64,000 bases of DNA from Pseudochelatococcus sp. (GTDB lineage: Bacteria > Pseudomonadota > Alphaproteobacteria > Rhizobiales > Beijerinckiaceae), in contig NZ_JBMNUS010000013.1 of NCBI RefSeq assembly GCF_050946405.1, positions 71,443-135,442 on the forward strand, written 5' to 3'. The notes under the pieces were generated by a model, which worked only from the letters and a program-made list of their open reading frames with translations, was not told where the DNA came from and made no database searches. Positions 1 to 9,774 of the stretch are shown here, piece after piece (within the stretch, counting starts at the first letter, position 1; every line of letters begins with the position of its first letter). The position numbers and the translations under genes were made by a program.

Positions 1-1
1 G

Positions 2-652
2 GCCGGCATGGCCGAATATGTCTGCGCCGGCGTCCTGCTCCTTCACCGCGATCTGATCGGCTACATCGCCGATCAGCGGAACGGGCGCTGGAACCCGCGG
101 CCGATCGTGCCGGCGGAGCAGCGGTGCGTCGGCGTCATGGGGCTCGGCGCGCTGGGCATGGCCGTCCTCGCGCCGCTGAAGGCGCTCGGCTTTCGGCTTG
201 CCGGATGGAACCGCTCGTCGCGCTCCATCGAGGGCGTCGAGACCTACGCGGGCGCGCAGGAGCGCGACGCCTTTCTCGCCCGGTGCGACATCCTGGTCTG
301 CCTGCTGCCGCTGACGCCCGAGACGCGCGGCTGCCTGAACGCCGATCTGTTCGCGAGACTGCCCGAGGGCGCCGGCATCGTGAACGTGGGGCGCGGCGGC
401 CATCTGGTCGAGGCGGATCTTCTGGCGGCGCTGGATCGCGGGCGGATCGGCGGCGCCGTTCTCGACGTCTTCGCGCAGGAGCCGCTGCCGCAGGAGCATC
501 GGTTCTGGCATCATCCGCGCGTGTTCCTGACCCCGCACATGGCCAGCATGACGCAGCCCGAGGGCGGCGCGCGCGCCGTCATCGCCAACATCCGCCGCCA
601 TCGCGCCGGCGAGCCGCTGCTCAACCGTGTCGACCGCTCGCGCGGCTATTGA
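2..652 (+). CDS. D-isomer-specific 2-hydroxyacid dehydrogenase (glyoxylate/hydroxypyruvate reductase-like), 5'-truncated by window edge
   Basis: ORF 8..652 translation carries the NAD-binding Rossmann GxGxxG (GVMGLGALG) and catalytic region (GRGGHL...TPHMAS) of the 2-hydroxyacid dehydrogenase family; no plausible N-terminus in window, so gene starts upstream. Confidence 0.75.
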   Translation, partial: AGMAEYVCAGVLLLHRDLIGYIADQRNGRWNPRPIVPAEQRCVGVMGLGALGMAVLAPLKALGFRLAGWNRSSRSIEGVETYAGAQERDAFLARCDILVCLLPLTPETRGCLNADLFARLPEGAGIVNVGRGGHLVEADLLAALDRGRIGGAVLDVFAQEPLPQEHRFWHHPRVFLTPHMASMTQPEGGARAVIANIRRHRAGEPLLNRVDRSRGY

Positions 653-678
653 GGCGAGGCATGGGGAACGTCGCCAGC

Positions 679-1641
679 TCACGCCTTGCCGCCGACGATG
701 TTCCCCAGCTCCAGCTCGGGGTAGAGCGCATCGACGACGCTGACGTCGTGGCGCAGCTCGGCGATGATCCAGTCCTGCACGGCGGTGACGATGGGCCGCA
801 GCGGCTTGCGGCGCGAGCGGACGAACTGGCAGCGCCGCTGCGTCGTCGTCACGCGCGTGCCGGCCGGCACCAGCGCCCGCGTCCGCAGCCAGTGGGCGAC
901 GACATTGAGCCAGCCCAGCGCGACGCCCTGCCCGAGCAGCGCCGCCTGCACGACGATGGCGTAATCGAGGAAATTCATGGAATCGAAGCGCGTCGAATCG
1001 GCGCCCTCGCCGGCGAAGAACAGGCTCGACCACGCCGTGTGCCTGTCATCGGGGTCCGCCAGCATGTCGATGTCGCGGCTGTCGCCGCGATGCCGCAGAT
1101 GGTTTTCCCGATAATCGGCGTTGCTGATGGGAATCAGGATTTCCGGCATGATGTCGGCCGCTTCGTGCCGGGGATCGGGCGCGCTCACGAAGCGCATCCC
1201 GATGTCGACGTCGTGCACCTCGCCGGCCAGCTCGCCCATGACCAGTTGAAACCGCAGATCGACGGTCGGGAAAGTGCGTTTGAAATCCGCCATGCGCGGC
1301 ATCATCCAGTGCGTCGTGAAGCCCGTCGAGACGGACAACGTCACCGTCTCGATGCCGGTCTTGTGATCCTCGATCTCGCGCAGCGCATTCTCGATGCCGG
1401 AAAAACCGCGCGCGATGGCGTCGAACAGGATGCGCCCCGGCCCCGTCAGCGTCGCGCCGCCGGCCTGGCGCGCGAACAGCGCGACATCGAGATGTTCCTC
1501 CAGCCGCGAGACCATGCGGCTCACCGCGGCGGGGGTGACGTTCAGCTCCTCCGCCGCTTTCGAGAAGTTGCCGCAGCGCGCTGCGGCCTCGAAAGTGAAG
1601 AGGCTGTTCATGGAAGGAAGGCGGCGTCTGAGTTTGTCCAT
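679..1641 (-). CDS. LysR-family transcriptional regulator (GcvA-like)
   Basis: N-terminus MDKLRRRLPSMNSLFTFEAAARCGNFSKAAEELNVTPAAVSRMV is a classic GcvA-type LysR HTH; ORF-track start at 1656 is a TTG, ATG at 1641 preferred; C-terminal substrate-binding domain present. Confidence 0.8.
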   Translation of the reverse strand: MDKLRRRLPSMNSLFTFEAAARCGNFSKAAEELNVTPAAVSRMVSRLEEHLDVALFARQAGGATLTGPGRILFDAIARGFSGIENALREIEDHKTGIETVTLSVSTGFTTHWMMPRMADFKRTFPTVDLRFQLVMGELAGEVHDVDIGMRFVSAPDPRHEAADIMPEILIPISNADYRENHLRHRGDSRDIDMLADPDDRHTAWSSLFFAGEGADSTRFDSMNFLDYAIVVQAALLGQGVALGWLNVVAHWLRTRALVPAGTRVTTTQRRCQFVRSRRKPLRPIVTAVQDWIIAELRHDVSVVDALYPELELGNIVGGKA

Positions 1642-1653
1642 TACATCATGTAA
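1641..1653. promoter_or_regulatory. T-N11-A palindrome TTACATCATGTAA (LysR-type box) at LysR start / divergent promoter
   Basis: 6-bp inverted arms TTACAT/ATGTAA with T-N11-A spacing read directly in sequence between divergent LysR and ABC-ATPase genes. Confidence 0.3.
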
Positions 1654-1874
1654 CAACGGAGTGGATTATTTTTCAATTGCCTCGGTGACGGAACTTTGAT
1701 GAGGTAAGGACAACGAGGCGTTCAACGGCCTTAATTTATAACAAACAAGGGGAGCGCGGCAGCAGGCGACGACCGGAATATGGTCGAACATGCCGCTTGT
1801 TGTGCAGTTTCTTGCTCGTTCTGGTGTCAGTTGCATTTCAATGCTTCTGAACAGGCAATCTGTAGTGGGATAGC

Positions 1875-2963
1875 ATGGCGAAACTATCATTCCGGGAGCC
1901 CGTTGGCGTATCCGTGCGCTCGGCGACGAAATCTTACGGCGGCTTTCTCGCGCTGGACGACGTGAGCCTCGAAGTGGCTCCGGGCGAGTTCGTCTCCATT
2001 CTCGGGCCGTCGGGTTCCGGCAAGACGACGTTTCTCGGCATTCTGGGCGGTTTCGTGCAGCCGACGTCGGGGAGCATCCATCTGGGATCGGTGGATATTA
2101 CATTCGCGCCGCCGCACAAGCGGGACATCGGCATCGTGTTCCAGAACTACGCGCTGTTCCCGCACATGAGCGTGGCCGACAACATCACGTTTCCGCTGCG
2201 GGCGCGGCATCTGCCGAAGGCGCAATGGGCCGACAAGCTGGAGGCGGCGCTCGCCATGGTGGAGCTGTCGGGCTACGGCGGACGGCAGATCCACGAGCTT
2301 TCGGGCGGGCAGCGTCAGCGCGTGGCGCTGGCGCGGGCGATGATCTTCGAGCCGCGTCTGATCCTGATGGACGAACCGCTGTCGGCCCTCGACAAGCAGT
2401 TGCGCGAGACCATGCAGATCGAGCTGAAGCAGCTCCACAGGAAGCTCGACGCGACCATCATCTACGTCACCCACGACCAGCGCGAGGCGCTGACGATGAG
2501 CGACCGGATCGCGATCATGAACAAGGGCCGCATCGCCCAGATCGATACGCCCGAACGGCTGCACGACCGGCCGGCGGATTCCTTCGTCGCGAGCTTCATC
2601 GGCGAGGCGACGCTGCTGCCCGTAACCAGGGAGAGCGACGACACCGTCGTGCTCGGCGACACGCGCCTGCGTTCCGCGCAGCCCGTGCCGCGCGGCGATC
2701 GGCTGTTCCTCGCGGTGCATTCGGAAAAGCTCGTCGTCGCCGGCGAGGAGGGCGGCGAAACGCCCAACCTGCTGCGCGCGACCGTGACGGATACGCTTTA
2801 TCAGGGAGAAAGCATCCGTGTCTTCATCAGGCTCGGCAGCGGCGACCAGCTCAGTCTGCGGCTGCCGAGCAACCATTCCGGCCGGCGGCTTCTGAGGCAG
2901 CCCGGCGAATCCATTACGGTTGCGCTGCACCCGGACGACACCGTCGTGGTGCCGCAGGCGTAA
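1875..2963 (+). CDS. ABC transporter ATP-binding protein (PotA/ spermidine-putrescine type with C-terminal TOBE domain)
   Basis: Walker A GPSGSGKTT, signature LSGGQRQR, Walker B ILMDEPLSALD, H-loop; C-terminal regulatory TOBE-like extension. Confidence 0.85.
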   Translation: MAKLSFREPVGVSVRSATKSYGGFLALDDVSLEVAPGEFVSILGPSGSGKTTFLGILGGFVQPTSGSIHLGSVDITFAPPHKRDIGIVFQNYALFPHMSVADNITFPLRARHLPKAQWADKLEAALAMVELSGYGGRQIHELSGGQRQRVALARAMIFEPRLILMDEPLSALDKQLRETMQIELKQLHRKLDATIIYVTHDQREALTMSDRIAIMNKGRIAQIDTPERLHDRPADSFVASFIGEATLLPVTRESDDTVVLGDTRLRSAQPVPRGDRLFLAVHSEKLVVAGEEGGETPNLLRATVTDTLYQGESIRVFIRLGSGDQLSLRLPSNHSGRRLLRQPGESITVALHPDDTVVVPQA

Positions 2964-3096
2964 CGCGCTTCCGGGGAGGCGCCGCGCCGCCCTCCCGGAA
3001 CGACAATCGACGAAAGAAGACGAAACTCCGGGCGGGCGGGCGTTCGCCGGCGGCACGCGCGCATGCGCCCTCGTTCTTGCGGAAAGGCTATCGTAA

Positions 3097-3822
3097 ATGA
3101 AAATCACCGATTTCAAGGTCCTGACCTTCGACGTGGTCGGAACGCTGATCGACTTCGAGACGGGCGTGCTGGAAGCCGTGCGCGCGCTCGGGGGAGACAA
3201 GGCCCGGCAGGCGACGGACGACGAGATCTTCCAGCCGTATCTGCGCGGCCGGGCGAAGTTCTACGGCCGCTCGTCCTCGGCGATGAAGGATGTCTATCTG
3301 TCGCTGGCCGCCGAGACCGGATACCGCGCCGACGACGCCACCGCCGACGCCTTCCAGCTCGCCGTGCTGCGCTGGCCCGCCTTCGCGGATTCGGTCGCGG
3401 CGCTGGCCCGCCTGCGCCGCAATTTCCGCCTCGTCGCCATGACGAACGCCGACCGCACGGCCTTTTCCGCCTATGCCGAAACGCTCGGCAATCCGTTCCA
3501 CGACAGCGTGACCTGCGACGACACCGGCTATGCCAAGCCCGCGCCGGAGTTCTTCGCCTTCAACAAGGGCCGGCAATCGGCCGCCGGCTTCAGGCAGTCC
3601 GAGATCCTGCATGTGGCGCAGAGCCAGTATCACGATATCGGCATCGCCCGCGAGCTGGGCTATGCGACGTGCTGGATCGAGCGCCGGCAGGGCTTGCAGG
3701 GCTTCGGCGGCACGCCCGAGCCCAGGGAGGTGACGAAGCCCGACTTCCACTTCTCCAGCCTGAAGCAGCTCGCCGACGCCGTCGACGCCGAACACGCCCT
3801 CGACCGCAAAGTTGCGGCCTGA
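3097..3822 (+). CDS. HAD-superfamily hydrolase, haloacid dehalogenase type II-like
   Basis: N-terminal DxxGTL motif (FDVVGTLIDFE), KPAPE motif, C-terminal Dxxx(S/A)...D typical of HAD-IA / L-2-haloacid dehalogenase family. Confidence 0.75.
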   Translation: MKITDFKVLTFDVVGTLIDFETGVLEAVRALGGDKARQATDDEIFQPYLRGRAKFYGRSSSAMKDVYLSLAAETGYRADDATADAFQLAVLRWPAFADSVAALARLRRNFRLVAMTNADRTAFSAYAETLGNPFHDSVTCDDTGYAKPAPEFFAFNKGRQSAAGFRQSEILHVAQSQYHDIGIARELGYATCWIERRQGLQGFGGTPEPREVTKPDFHFSSLKQLADAVDAEHALDRKVAA

Positions 3823-3845
3823 AGGCCCGAAGCAGGGTGACGATC

Positions 3846-5147
3846 ATGGGCTCCCCACCGTTTCCGGATATCCGCTCGCTGTGGCAGGACACCGCCGCCG
3901 CCCGGCCCGCCTTCGGGCGGCTGGCGGGAGAGCATCGCTACGACGTGGCGATCGTCGGCGGCGGCTACACGGGGCTCAGCACCGCGCGCTATCTCGCCCT
4001 CGCCGGCTTGCGCCCGATCGTGCTGGAGGCAAGCCGCATCGGGTGGGGGGCGAGCGGCCGCAACGGCGGCGTCGTTTCCGGCAAGTTCCGCATCAGCTAC
4101 CCGGACATCGCCGCCCGTTTCGGCACGGAAACCGCGCGGCGGATGCACGACCTCGCGCTGGAGGCGATCGATCATGTGGGCGAGCTGACGCGGGTCTACG
4201 GCATCGCCGCCGCGGATTACCGGCCCAACGGCTCGCTGCGCTGCGCCCACAACGCCGTGAGCCTCGAGGCGCTGAAGCGCGAAACCCTGTGGCTGCGGCA
4301 GGAGCTGGGCGACACCGCCTGTTCCATCCTTTCCGCCGGGGCGGTGGCGGAAGAAACCGGCTCGCGCGATTTCGTCGGCGGCATGCTCAACACGCATGGC
4401 GGCATCGTTCACCCGCTGAATTTCGCCCTCGGACTGGCGGGCGGCCTCAAGGACGCGGGCGTCATCATCGCCGAGCAATCGCCCGTTACCGGCATTCGCC
4501 GCGATGAAAACGGCGTCGTCGTGGAAACGCCGGAAGGCGCGGTCAGGGCGCGCCAGGCCGTGATCGCCACGGACGGCTATTCCGATCTCACGGCGGCGAC
4601 GGCGGGCGTGCGCAAGGCGATCATCCCCTTCCGGTCGGCGATGATCGCCACGGAGCCCCTTGCCGGGACGCCCGGCGAGGGATTGTTGCGGACCGACCGC
4701 AGCTACACGGAGACGCGGCGCATGATGCGCTGGTTCCGCAAGTTCGACGGCCGGTTGCTGTATGGCGGCCGGGGCGCCTTCGGCAAGCAGGATTCGGAGA
4801 GCGCCTTCACCGCCCTGCGCAACGCGATGGTGCGCCAGTTCCCGGAGCTCGAATCCGTGCGGGTCACGCATCGCTGGTCCGGGCTGGTGGCGATGACGCT
4901 CGACAGCCTGCCCCATGCGGGCCGGCTCGACGACCGCATCGTGTATTGCCTCGGCTATAACGGCACGGGCGTCGCCATGGCCTCCAACATGGGCCGTTAC
5001 GTCGCGCGCATCGTCACCGGCGAGCGGCCGGATGTCGGCCTCGTGTCGGCGCTGCCGCTGAAGAACGTGCCGTTCTACACCCTGCGGGAGCCGGCCGTGA
5101 GGCTCGTGGCGGGATGGTATCAGTTCCTCGACGCCATCGGCCGCTAG
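3846..5147 (+). CDS. FAD-dependent oxidoreductase (gamma-glutamylputrescine oxidase PuuB / DAO family)
   Basis: ATG at 3846 inside long read-through ORF 3063..5147; N-terminal dinucleotide-binding motif VAIVGGGYTGLSTARYLA; DAO-family length. Confidence 0.8.
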   Translation: MGSPPFPDIRSLWQDTAAARPAFGRLAGEHRYDVAIVGGGYTGLSTARYLALAGLRPIVLEASRIGWGASGRNGGVVSGKFRISYPDIAARFGTETARRMHDLALEAIDHVGELTRVYGIAAADYRPNGSLRCAHNAVSLEALKRETLWLRQELGDTACSILSAGAVAEETGSRDFVGGMLNTHGGIVHPLNFALGLAGGLKDAGVIIAEQSPVTGIRRDENGVVVETPEGAVRARQAVIATDGYSDLTAATAGVRKAIIPFRSAMIATEPLAGTPGEGLLRTDRSYTETRRMMRWFRKFDGRLLYGGRGAFGKQDSESAFTALRNAMVRQFPELESVRVTHRWSGLVAMTLDSLPHAGRLDDRIVYCLGYNGTGVAMASNMGRYVARIVTGERPDVGLVSALPLKNVPFYTLREPAVRLVAGWYQFLDAIGR

Positions 5148-5277
5148 GGTGTGTTCCGGTTGGCGCGGGAGAAACATGGAGCGTTTCAGGGGAGGCTGCC
5201 GAACGAAAAAATATAAAGCGGCTGTCACGACCGTGCGGCCGGCAAATGCATCCGGAAAAGACCAGAGGAGAATAACG

Positions 5278-6318
5278 ATGATCGTGAAATTTACGCTGCT
5301 GACGATGCTGTCTTCCGTCGCCGCCCTCGCGGCCGGGACGGCGAGCGCGCAACAGATAACCTTCGTGTCGCAGGGGGGCGCCTATCAGGAGGCCCAGACC
5401 AGGGCGATTCTGGACCCCGTGGCGCAGTTGCTCGGCATCACCATCCGGCAGGACAGCTCGCCCGACGCCTGGCCCGTGATCCGCACCCAGGCGGCGACGG
5501 GAAAACCCATCTGGGACGTGATCGACACGCCGACGAAGGATTGCGTCCGGGGCGGCGAGCAGGGCTTCATCGAGAAGCTGGATTTTTCCCGGATTCCGAA
5601 TGCCGCCGACCTGCCGGAGCAGTACAAGAGCCCGTATTCCGTCGCTTATGAGTTCTATTCGAGCGTTCTCGCCTACAACAAGGACAAGTACGGCGATAAC
5701 CCGCCGCAGGGCTGGGCGGATTTCTGGAACGTGGAAAAGTTCCCCGGCACCCGCGCCCTGCGCAATCATCCGCTGGCGACGCTCGAGGCGGCGCTGATCG
5801 CCGATGGCGTTGCGCGCGACCAGCTCTATCCGCTGGATGTCGACCGCGCCTTCAGGAAGCTGGAGCAGATCAAGCCGCATGTCACCGTCTGGTGGACGTC
5901 CGGTGCGCAATCGGCCCAGCTTCTAGCCGACGGCGAGGCGGATCTGGTGATGGCGTGGAACGGCCGCGTGGCGGCCGTGCAGAAGGAAGGCGCGCCGGTG
6001 GGCTTCACCTTCGGCGACGGCCTGCTGCAATACACCTCGCTGTGCATCCTGAAGAACGCGCCGAATCTGGATACGGCGGTTCAATTCGTGAATGCCGCGC
6101 TGACGCCCGACATCCAGGCCAATTTCCCGACCTATATCGACTACGGCCCGGCCAATCCCGCCGCCTACGGCACCGGCAAGATCAGCCCGGAGCGCGCGGC
6201 GCAACTGCCGAGCTCTCCCGCGAACACAGCCGTGCAGGCGTTGATCTCCGAAGAATGGTGGAGCTCGCCGGCGGGCGAGGAGGCGCAGCGGCGCTGGGCC
6301 TCGTTCATCCAGCGCTGA
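5278..6318 (+). CDS. ABC transporter periplasmic substrate-binding protein (PotD/PotF polyamine-type)
   Basis: ATG 5278 preceded by AGGAG; signal peptide MIVKFTLLTMLSSVAALAAGTASA; PotD-family body. Confidence 0.8.
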   Translation: MIVKFTLLTMLSSVAALAAGTASAQQITFVSQGGAYQEAQTRAILDPVAQLLGITIRQDSSPDAWPVIRTQAATGKPIWDVIDTPTKDCVRGGEQGFIEKLDFSRIPNAADLPEQYKSPYSVAYEFYSSVLAYNKDKYGDNPPQGWADFWNVEKFPGTRALRNHPLATLEAALIADGVARDQLYPLDVDRAFRKLEQIKPHVTVWWTSGAQSAQLLADGEADLVMAWNGRVAAVQKEGAPVGFTFGDGLLQYTSLCILKNAPNLDTAVQFVNAALTPDIQANFPTYIDYGPANPAAYGTGKISPERAAQLPSSPANTAVQALISEEWWSSPAGEEAQRRWASFIQR

Positions 6319-6382
6319 TCGTCGCCGACGCGGGGCGGCTTGCCGCCCCGCGCCTTTCGCTTCCATCGATGGAGGAATAACC

Positions 6383-7255
6383 ATGGCCGCCTGCCCTCCG
6401 GGTCCCGCAGTCCTTCATGAGCGGCGCGAACAGCGGCTGACGTTGCTGCTGCTCGCGCCGGCGCTCGCGGTCGTCGTCTGCCTGCTCGTGCTGCCGCTGC
6501 TCTGGCTGGCGTGGCAGTCGATCCGGGGCGACGGCGGCTTCACGCTGGTGAACTACCAGCGGTTTCTGACCGACGACATCTATCTGATCTCGTTTCTTCA
6601 GACCTTTCGGATCGCCGTGACGGTGACGGTCGCGACGCTGCTGCTCGGGTATCCGGTGGCCTATGCCGCCGCGCTGGCGCCGCGGCAATGGAGCCTGCTC
6701 ATCCTGGCGGCCGTGGTGCTGCCCTTCTGGACGAGCGTGCTGGTGCGCGCCTATGCCTGGCTCATCCTGCTGCAAAGGCGCGGCCTCGTGAATTCGGCAT
6801 TGACCGATCTCGGGTTGATCGACAGCCCGCTGCTGCTCGTCAACAACGAGTTCGGCACGGTGCTGGCGACGATACACATCCTGCTGCCGTTCATGGTGCT
6901 GCCGCTCTACGCCACCATGCAGAAGATCCCGCGCGAGCTGACGATGGCGGGCGCGAGTCTCGGCGGCAGCCCCTTCTTCGTCTTCACGCGCGTCTTCCTG
7001 CCGCTGTCCCTGCCGGGTGCGATCGCGGGCATGGTGCTGGTGTTCGTGCTGACGCTCGGTTTCTACATCACGCCGGAACTGCTCGGCGGCGGGCGCACCT
7101 TCATGGTGTCGATGCTGGTGTCGCGCAATATCGAACTCTATCACGAATGGGGCGCGGCCTCGTCCATCAGCATGGTGCTGCTCGCCAGCGTGTTCCTGAT
7201 CTTCCGTCTGTCGACAAGGCTCGTTCCCTTCGAGCGCATCATGGGTACGAGGTGA
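6383..7255 (+). CDS. ABC transporter permease (PotB-like)
   Basis: Six predicted TM segments, EAA-like loop; follows SBP gene. Confidence 0.8.
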   Translation: MAACPPGPAVLHERREQRLTLLLLAPALAVVVCLLVLPLLWLAWQSIRGDGGFTLVNYQRFLTDDIYLISFLQTFRIAVTVTVATLLLGYPVAYAAALAPRQWSLLILAAVVLPFWTSVLVRAYAWLILLQRRGLVNSALTDLGLIDSPLLLVNNEFGTVLATIHILLPFMVLPLYATMQKIPRELTMAGASLGGSPFFVFTRVFLPLSLPGAIAGMVLVFVLTLGFYITPELLGGGRTFMVSMLVSRNIELYHEWGAASSISMVLLASVFLIFRLSTRLVPFERIMGTR

Positions 7256-7258
7256 GCC

Positions 7259-8056
7259 ATGATACCCTCCCGTTTCTTCCTCTACGGCTTTGTCGCGCTG
7301 GTGCTCGTGTGGCTGATGGTCCCCGTCGTGATCATCGTGCCGATGTCGTTCTCGGATTCGCGCTTTCTCGCCTTTCCGCCGCCGGCGTGGTCGCTGCGCT
7401 GGTACGAGGCCTATCTGGGCAGCGCGGCGTGGATGCAGGCCACGCGCGTGAGCCTCATCGTCGCCTTCGCCAGCGCCGTCATCGCCACCGTCATGGGCAC
7501 CGCCGCCGCCTATGCGCTCAACATGACATCCTCCCGGCTGGTGCGTAACCTGCAAGTGATCCTGTTCCTGCCGCTCGTCGTGCCGATCGTCATCACGGCC
7601 GTGGGCATCTTCTTCATCTACGCCAACACCGGCCTGCTGGCGACGATGACGGGGCTCATCCTCGCCAACGTCATGCTGGGGCTGCCTTATGTGGTGACGT
7701 CGGTGCTGGTGGGCCTGCGCAAGTTCGATCCCGTGCAGGAAATGGTGTCGCGCAGCCTCGGCATGAACAGGTTCCGCACGTTCTTCATCGTGACCCTGCC
7801 GCAGATCCGGCCGAGCGTGATTTCCGGCATGCTGTTCGCCTTCATCTCCGCGCTCGACGAAACCGTCGTCGCGTTGTTCATCTCCGGCGGCGAATACCAG
7901 ACGCTGACCAAGCGCATGTTCACCGCCCTGCGGGACGAGATCGACCCGACCATCGCGGCCATCAGCTCCCTGCTGACGGCGACGTCCTTCATCATGGTGA
8001 TGCTGCTGTCGCTCAACGCGCGCAGCGCCGGGAACAGGCGGAACGAGGCGGCATGA
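7259..8056 (+). CDS. ABC transporter permease (PotC-like)
   Basis: Hydrophobic multi-TM protein immediately after first permease; 4-bp gap. Confidence 0.8.
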   Translation: MIPSRFFLYGFVALVLVWLMVPVVIIVPMSFSDSRFLAFPPPAWSLRWYEAYLGSAAWMQATRVSLIVAFASAVIATVMGTAAAYALNMTSSRLVRNLQVILFLPLVVPIVITAVGIFFIYANTGLLATMTGLILANVMLGLPYVVTSVLVGLRKFDPVQEMVSRSLGMNRFRTFFIVTLPQIRPSVISGMLFAFISALDETVVALFISGGEYQTLTKRMFTALRDEIDPTIAAISSLLTATSFIMVMLLSLNARSAGNRRNEAA

Positions 8057-9741
8057 TGGCCGATCATCTCATTCTGGGCGGCGGGTCTGCGGGCTGCGTG
8101 CTGGCGGCGCGGCTTTCGGAGGATGCGCGGCGCGCCGTGATTCTGGTGGAGGCGGGCCGCAACATCGCCGCGGACGACGTTCCCGACGATATCCGCAGCC
8201 GCTATCCGGGCCGGGCCTATCTCGACACCTCCAACATATGGCAGGCGCTGCGGGCGCTGATGGGCGAGGCCATGCCGCGCCCGTCGCGGCGCTACGAGCA
8301 GGCGCGGCTGCTGGGCGGCGGCTCCGCCATCAACGCGCTGATGGCGAACCGGGGTGCGCCGGCGGATTACGACGAATGGGAGGCGCTCGGCGCCGCCGGC
8401 TGGAACTGGGACGCCTGCCTGCCCTTCTTCCTCGGCATCGAGGCCGACCGCGATTTCGACGGCCCGCTGCATGGCGCGAACGGCCCGCTCTCCATCCGCC
8501 GCATCGGCGACGACAGGATATCGCCATTCGTGGATGCGGTGCTGAAAACGCTCGACGCGCGCGGCCATCCGCAGCGTGCCGACCAGAACGGCGTCTGGCA
8601 GGACGGTGCGTTTCGCGGCGCCGTCGCCGTGAGCGACGCGGGCGAGCGGCTGCCCACGTCCATCGCCTATCTCACGCCGGAGGTCCGGCGCCGGCCCAAT
8701 CTCACGCTGCTCACCGGCCATCAGGCCGCCCGCATTCTCTTCGACGGCCGGCGGGCCGTGGGGGCGGAGATCGTCGGCCCGGACGGCGGTTCGCGCACGA
8801 TCCGCGCGCGCGAGGTCATCGTCGCGGCGGGCGCGATCCATACGCCGGCGCTGTTGCTGCGCTCGGGCGTCGGCCAGCCGGAGGCGCTGCGCGATATCGG
8901 CGTTCCGGTCGTGGCGTCCGCCGCGGGCGTGGGGCGCAACCTGATGGAGCATCCCTCCATCGCCGTCGCCGCCTATCTGCCGCCGGCGATGCGCGCGCCC
9001 GACCCGCGCGAGCACCATGAACAGGGCGTGTGGCGCTACTCCTCCGGCCTGCCGGAGACGCCGGCGGGCGACATGCACGCCGCCATCCTGTCGCGTTCCG
9101 GCTGGCATTCGGTGGGCGGGCGCATCGGCAGCCTGTTCTTCTGGGTCAACAAGTCGTACTCGCGCGGCTTTCTGAAGCTCGCGGACGCCGATCCCCGCGC
9201 CGAGCCCTTCGTCGATTTCCGCATGCTGTCCGACGCGCGCGATCTGGAGCGGCTGAAGACGGCGCTCCGGCTGGGCGCGGAAGTGCTCGCCGATCCGCGC
9301 CTTGCCGGCGGCATCGGCCCGGTCTTCCCGTCGAGCTATACGCCGCGCGTGGCGAAGATCGCGCTTCCCGGCCGCTGGAACGCCTTCCAGCGCGGCCTTC
9401 TCGCGGCGATGCTCGACGGGGCGGGGCCTCTGCGCGGCGCGCTCATCCATGCGCTCGTGACCCTCGGGACGACGATGGACGGCCTGCTGCGGGACGACGG
9501 GGCGCTGACGGATTTCGTGCGCCGCAACGTCGGCGGCACCTGGCACGCCTCCGGCACCTGCCGCATGGGCGCGGATGGCGATCCCGAAGCCGTCACCACG
9601 CCGCGGGGCAAGGTGCGGGGCGTCGAGGGCCTGCGCATCGCGGACGCCTCGCTCATGCCGTCGATTCCCCGTGCAAACACCAACATTCCGACGATCATGA
9701 TCGCGGAACGCATTGCCGATTTCGTCCGCAAGGGGTTTTAA
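8053..9741 (+). CDS. GMC-family FAD oxidoreductase (choline/alcohol dehydrogenase-like)
   Basis: N-terminal ILGGGSAGCVLAARLSED FAD motif, GMC signature regions, catalytic His-containing C-terminus (GTCRMG); ATGA overlap with upstream permease. Confidence 0.85.
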   Translation: MMADHLILGGGSAGCVLAARLSEDARRAVILVEAGRNIAADDVPDDIRSRYPGRAYLDTSNIWQALRALMGEAMPRPSRRYEQARLLGGGSAINALMANRGAPADYDEWEALGAAGWNWDACLPFFLGIEADRDFDGPLHGANGPLSIRRIGDDRISPFVDAVLKTLDARGHPQRADQNGVWQDGAFRGAVAVSDAGERLPTSIAYLTPEVRRRPNLTLLTGHQAARILFDGRRAVGAEIVGPDGGSRTIRAREVIVAAGAIHTPALLLRSGVGQPEALRDIGVPVVASAAGVGRNLMEHPSIAVAAYLPPAMRAPDPREHHEQGVWRYSSGLPETPAGDMHAAILSRSGWHSVGGRIGSLFFWVNKSYSRGFLKLADADPRAEPFVDFRMLSDARDLERLKTALRLGAEVLADPRLAGGIGPVFPSSYTPRVAKIALPGRWNAFQRGLLAAMLDGAGPLRGALIHALVTLGTTMDGLLRDDGALTDFVRRNVGGTWHASGTCRMGADGDPEAVTTPRGKVRGVEGLRIADASLMPSIPRANTNIPTIMIAERIADFVRKGF

Positions 9742-9774
9742 AAGGGTGTCATTCATCCACGGGGAGCAGACGAC

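Noticed and set aside
124-1653. 509-aa plus-strand ORF spanning the dehydrogenase 3' end and the LysR gene
   Set aside because: It is arginine-rich nonsense (RRRHGARRAGHGRPRAAEG...). It overlaps two well-supported genes in other frames and has no domain signature.
3063-5147. 694-aa ORF suggesting a single large protein
   Set aside because: The N-terminal 260 aa are low-complexity and overlap the well-supported HAD hydrolase (3097..3822) in another frame. The real FAD oxidoreductase starts at the internal ATG 3846 with its dinucleotide-binding motif near the N-terminus.
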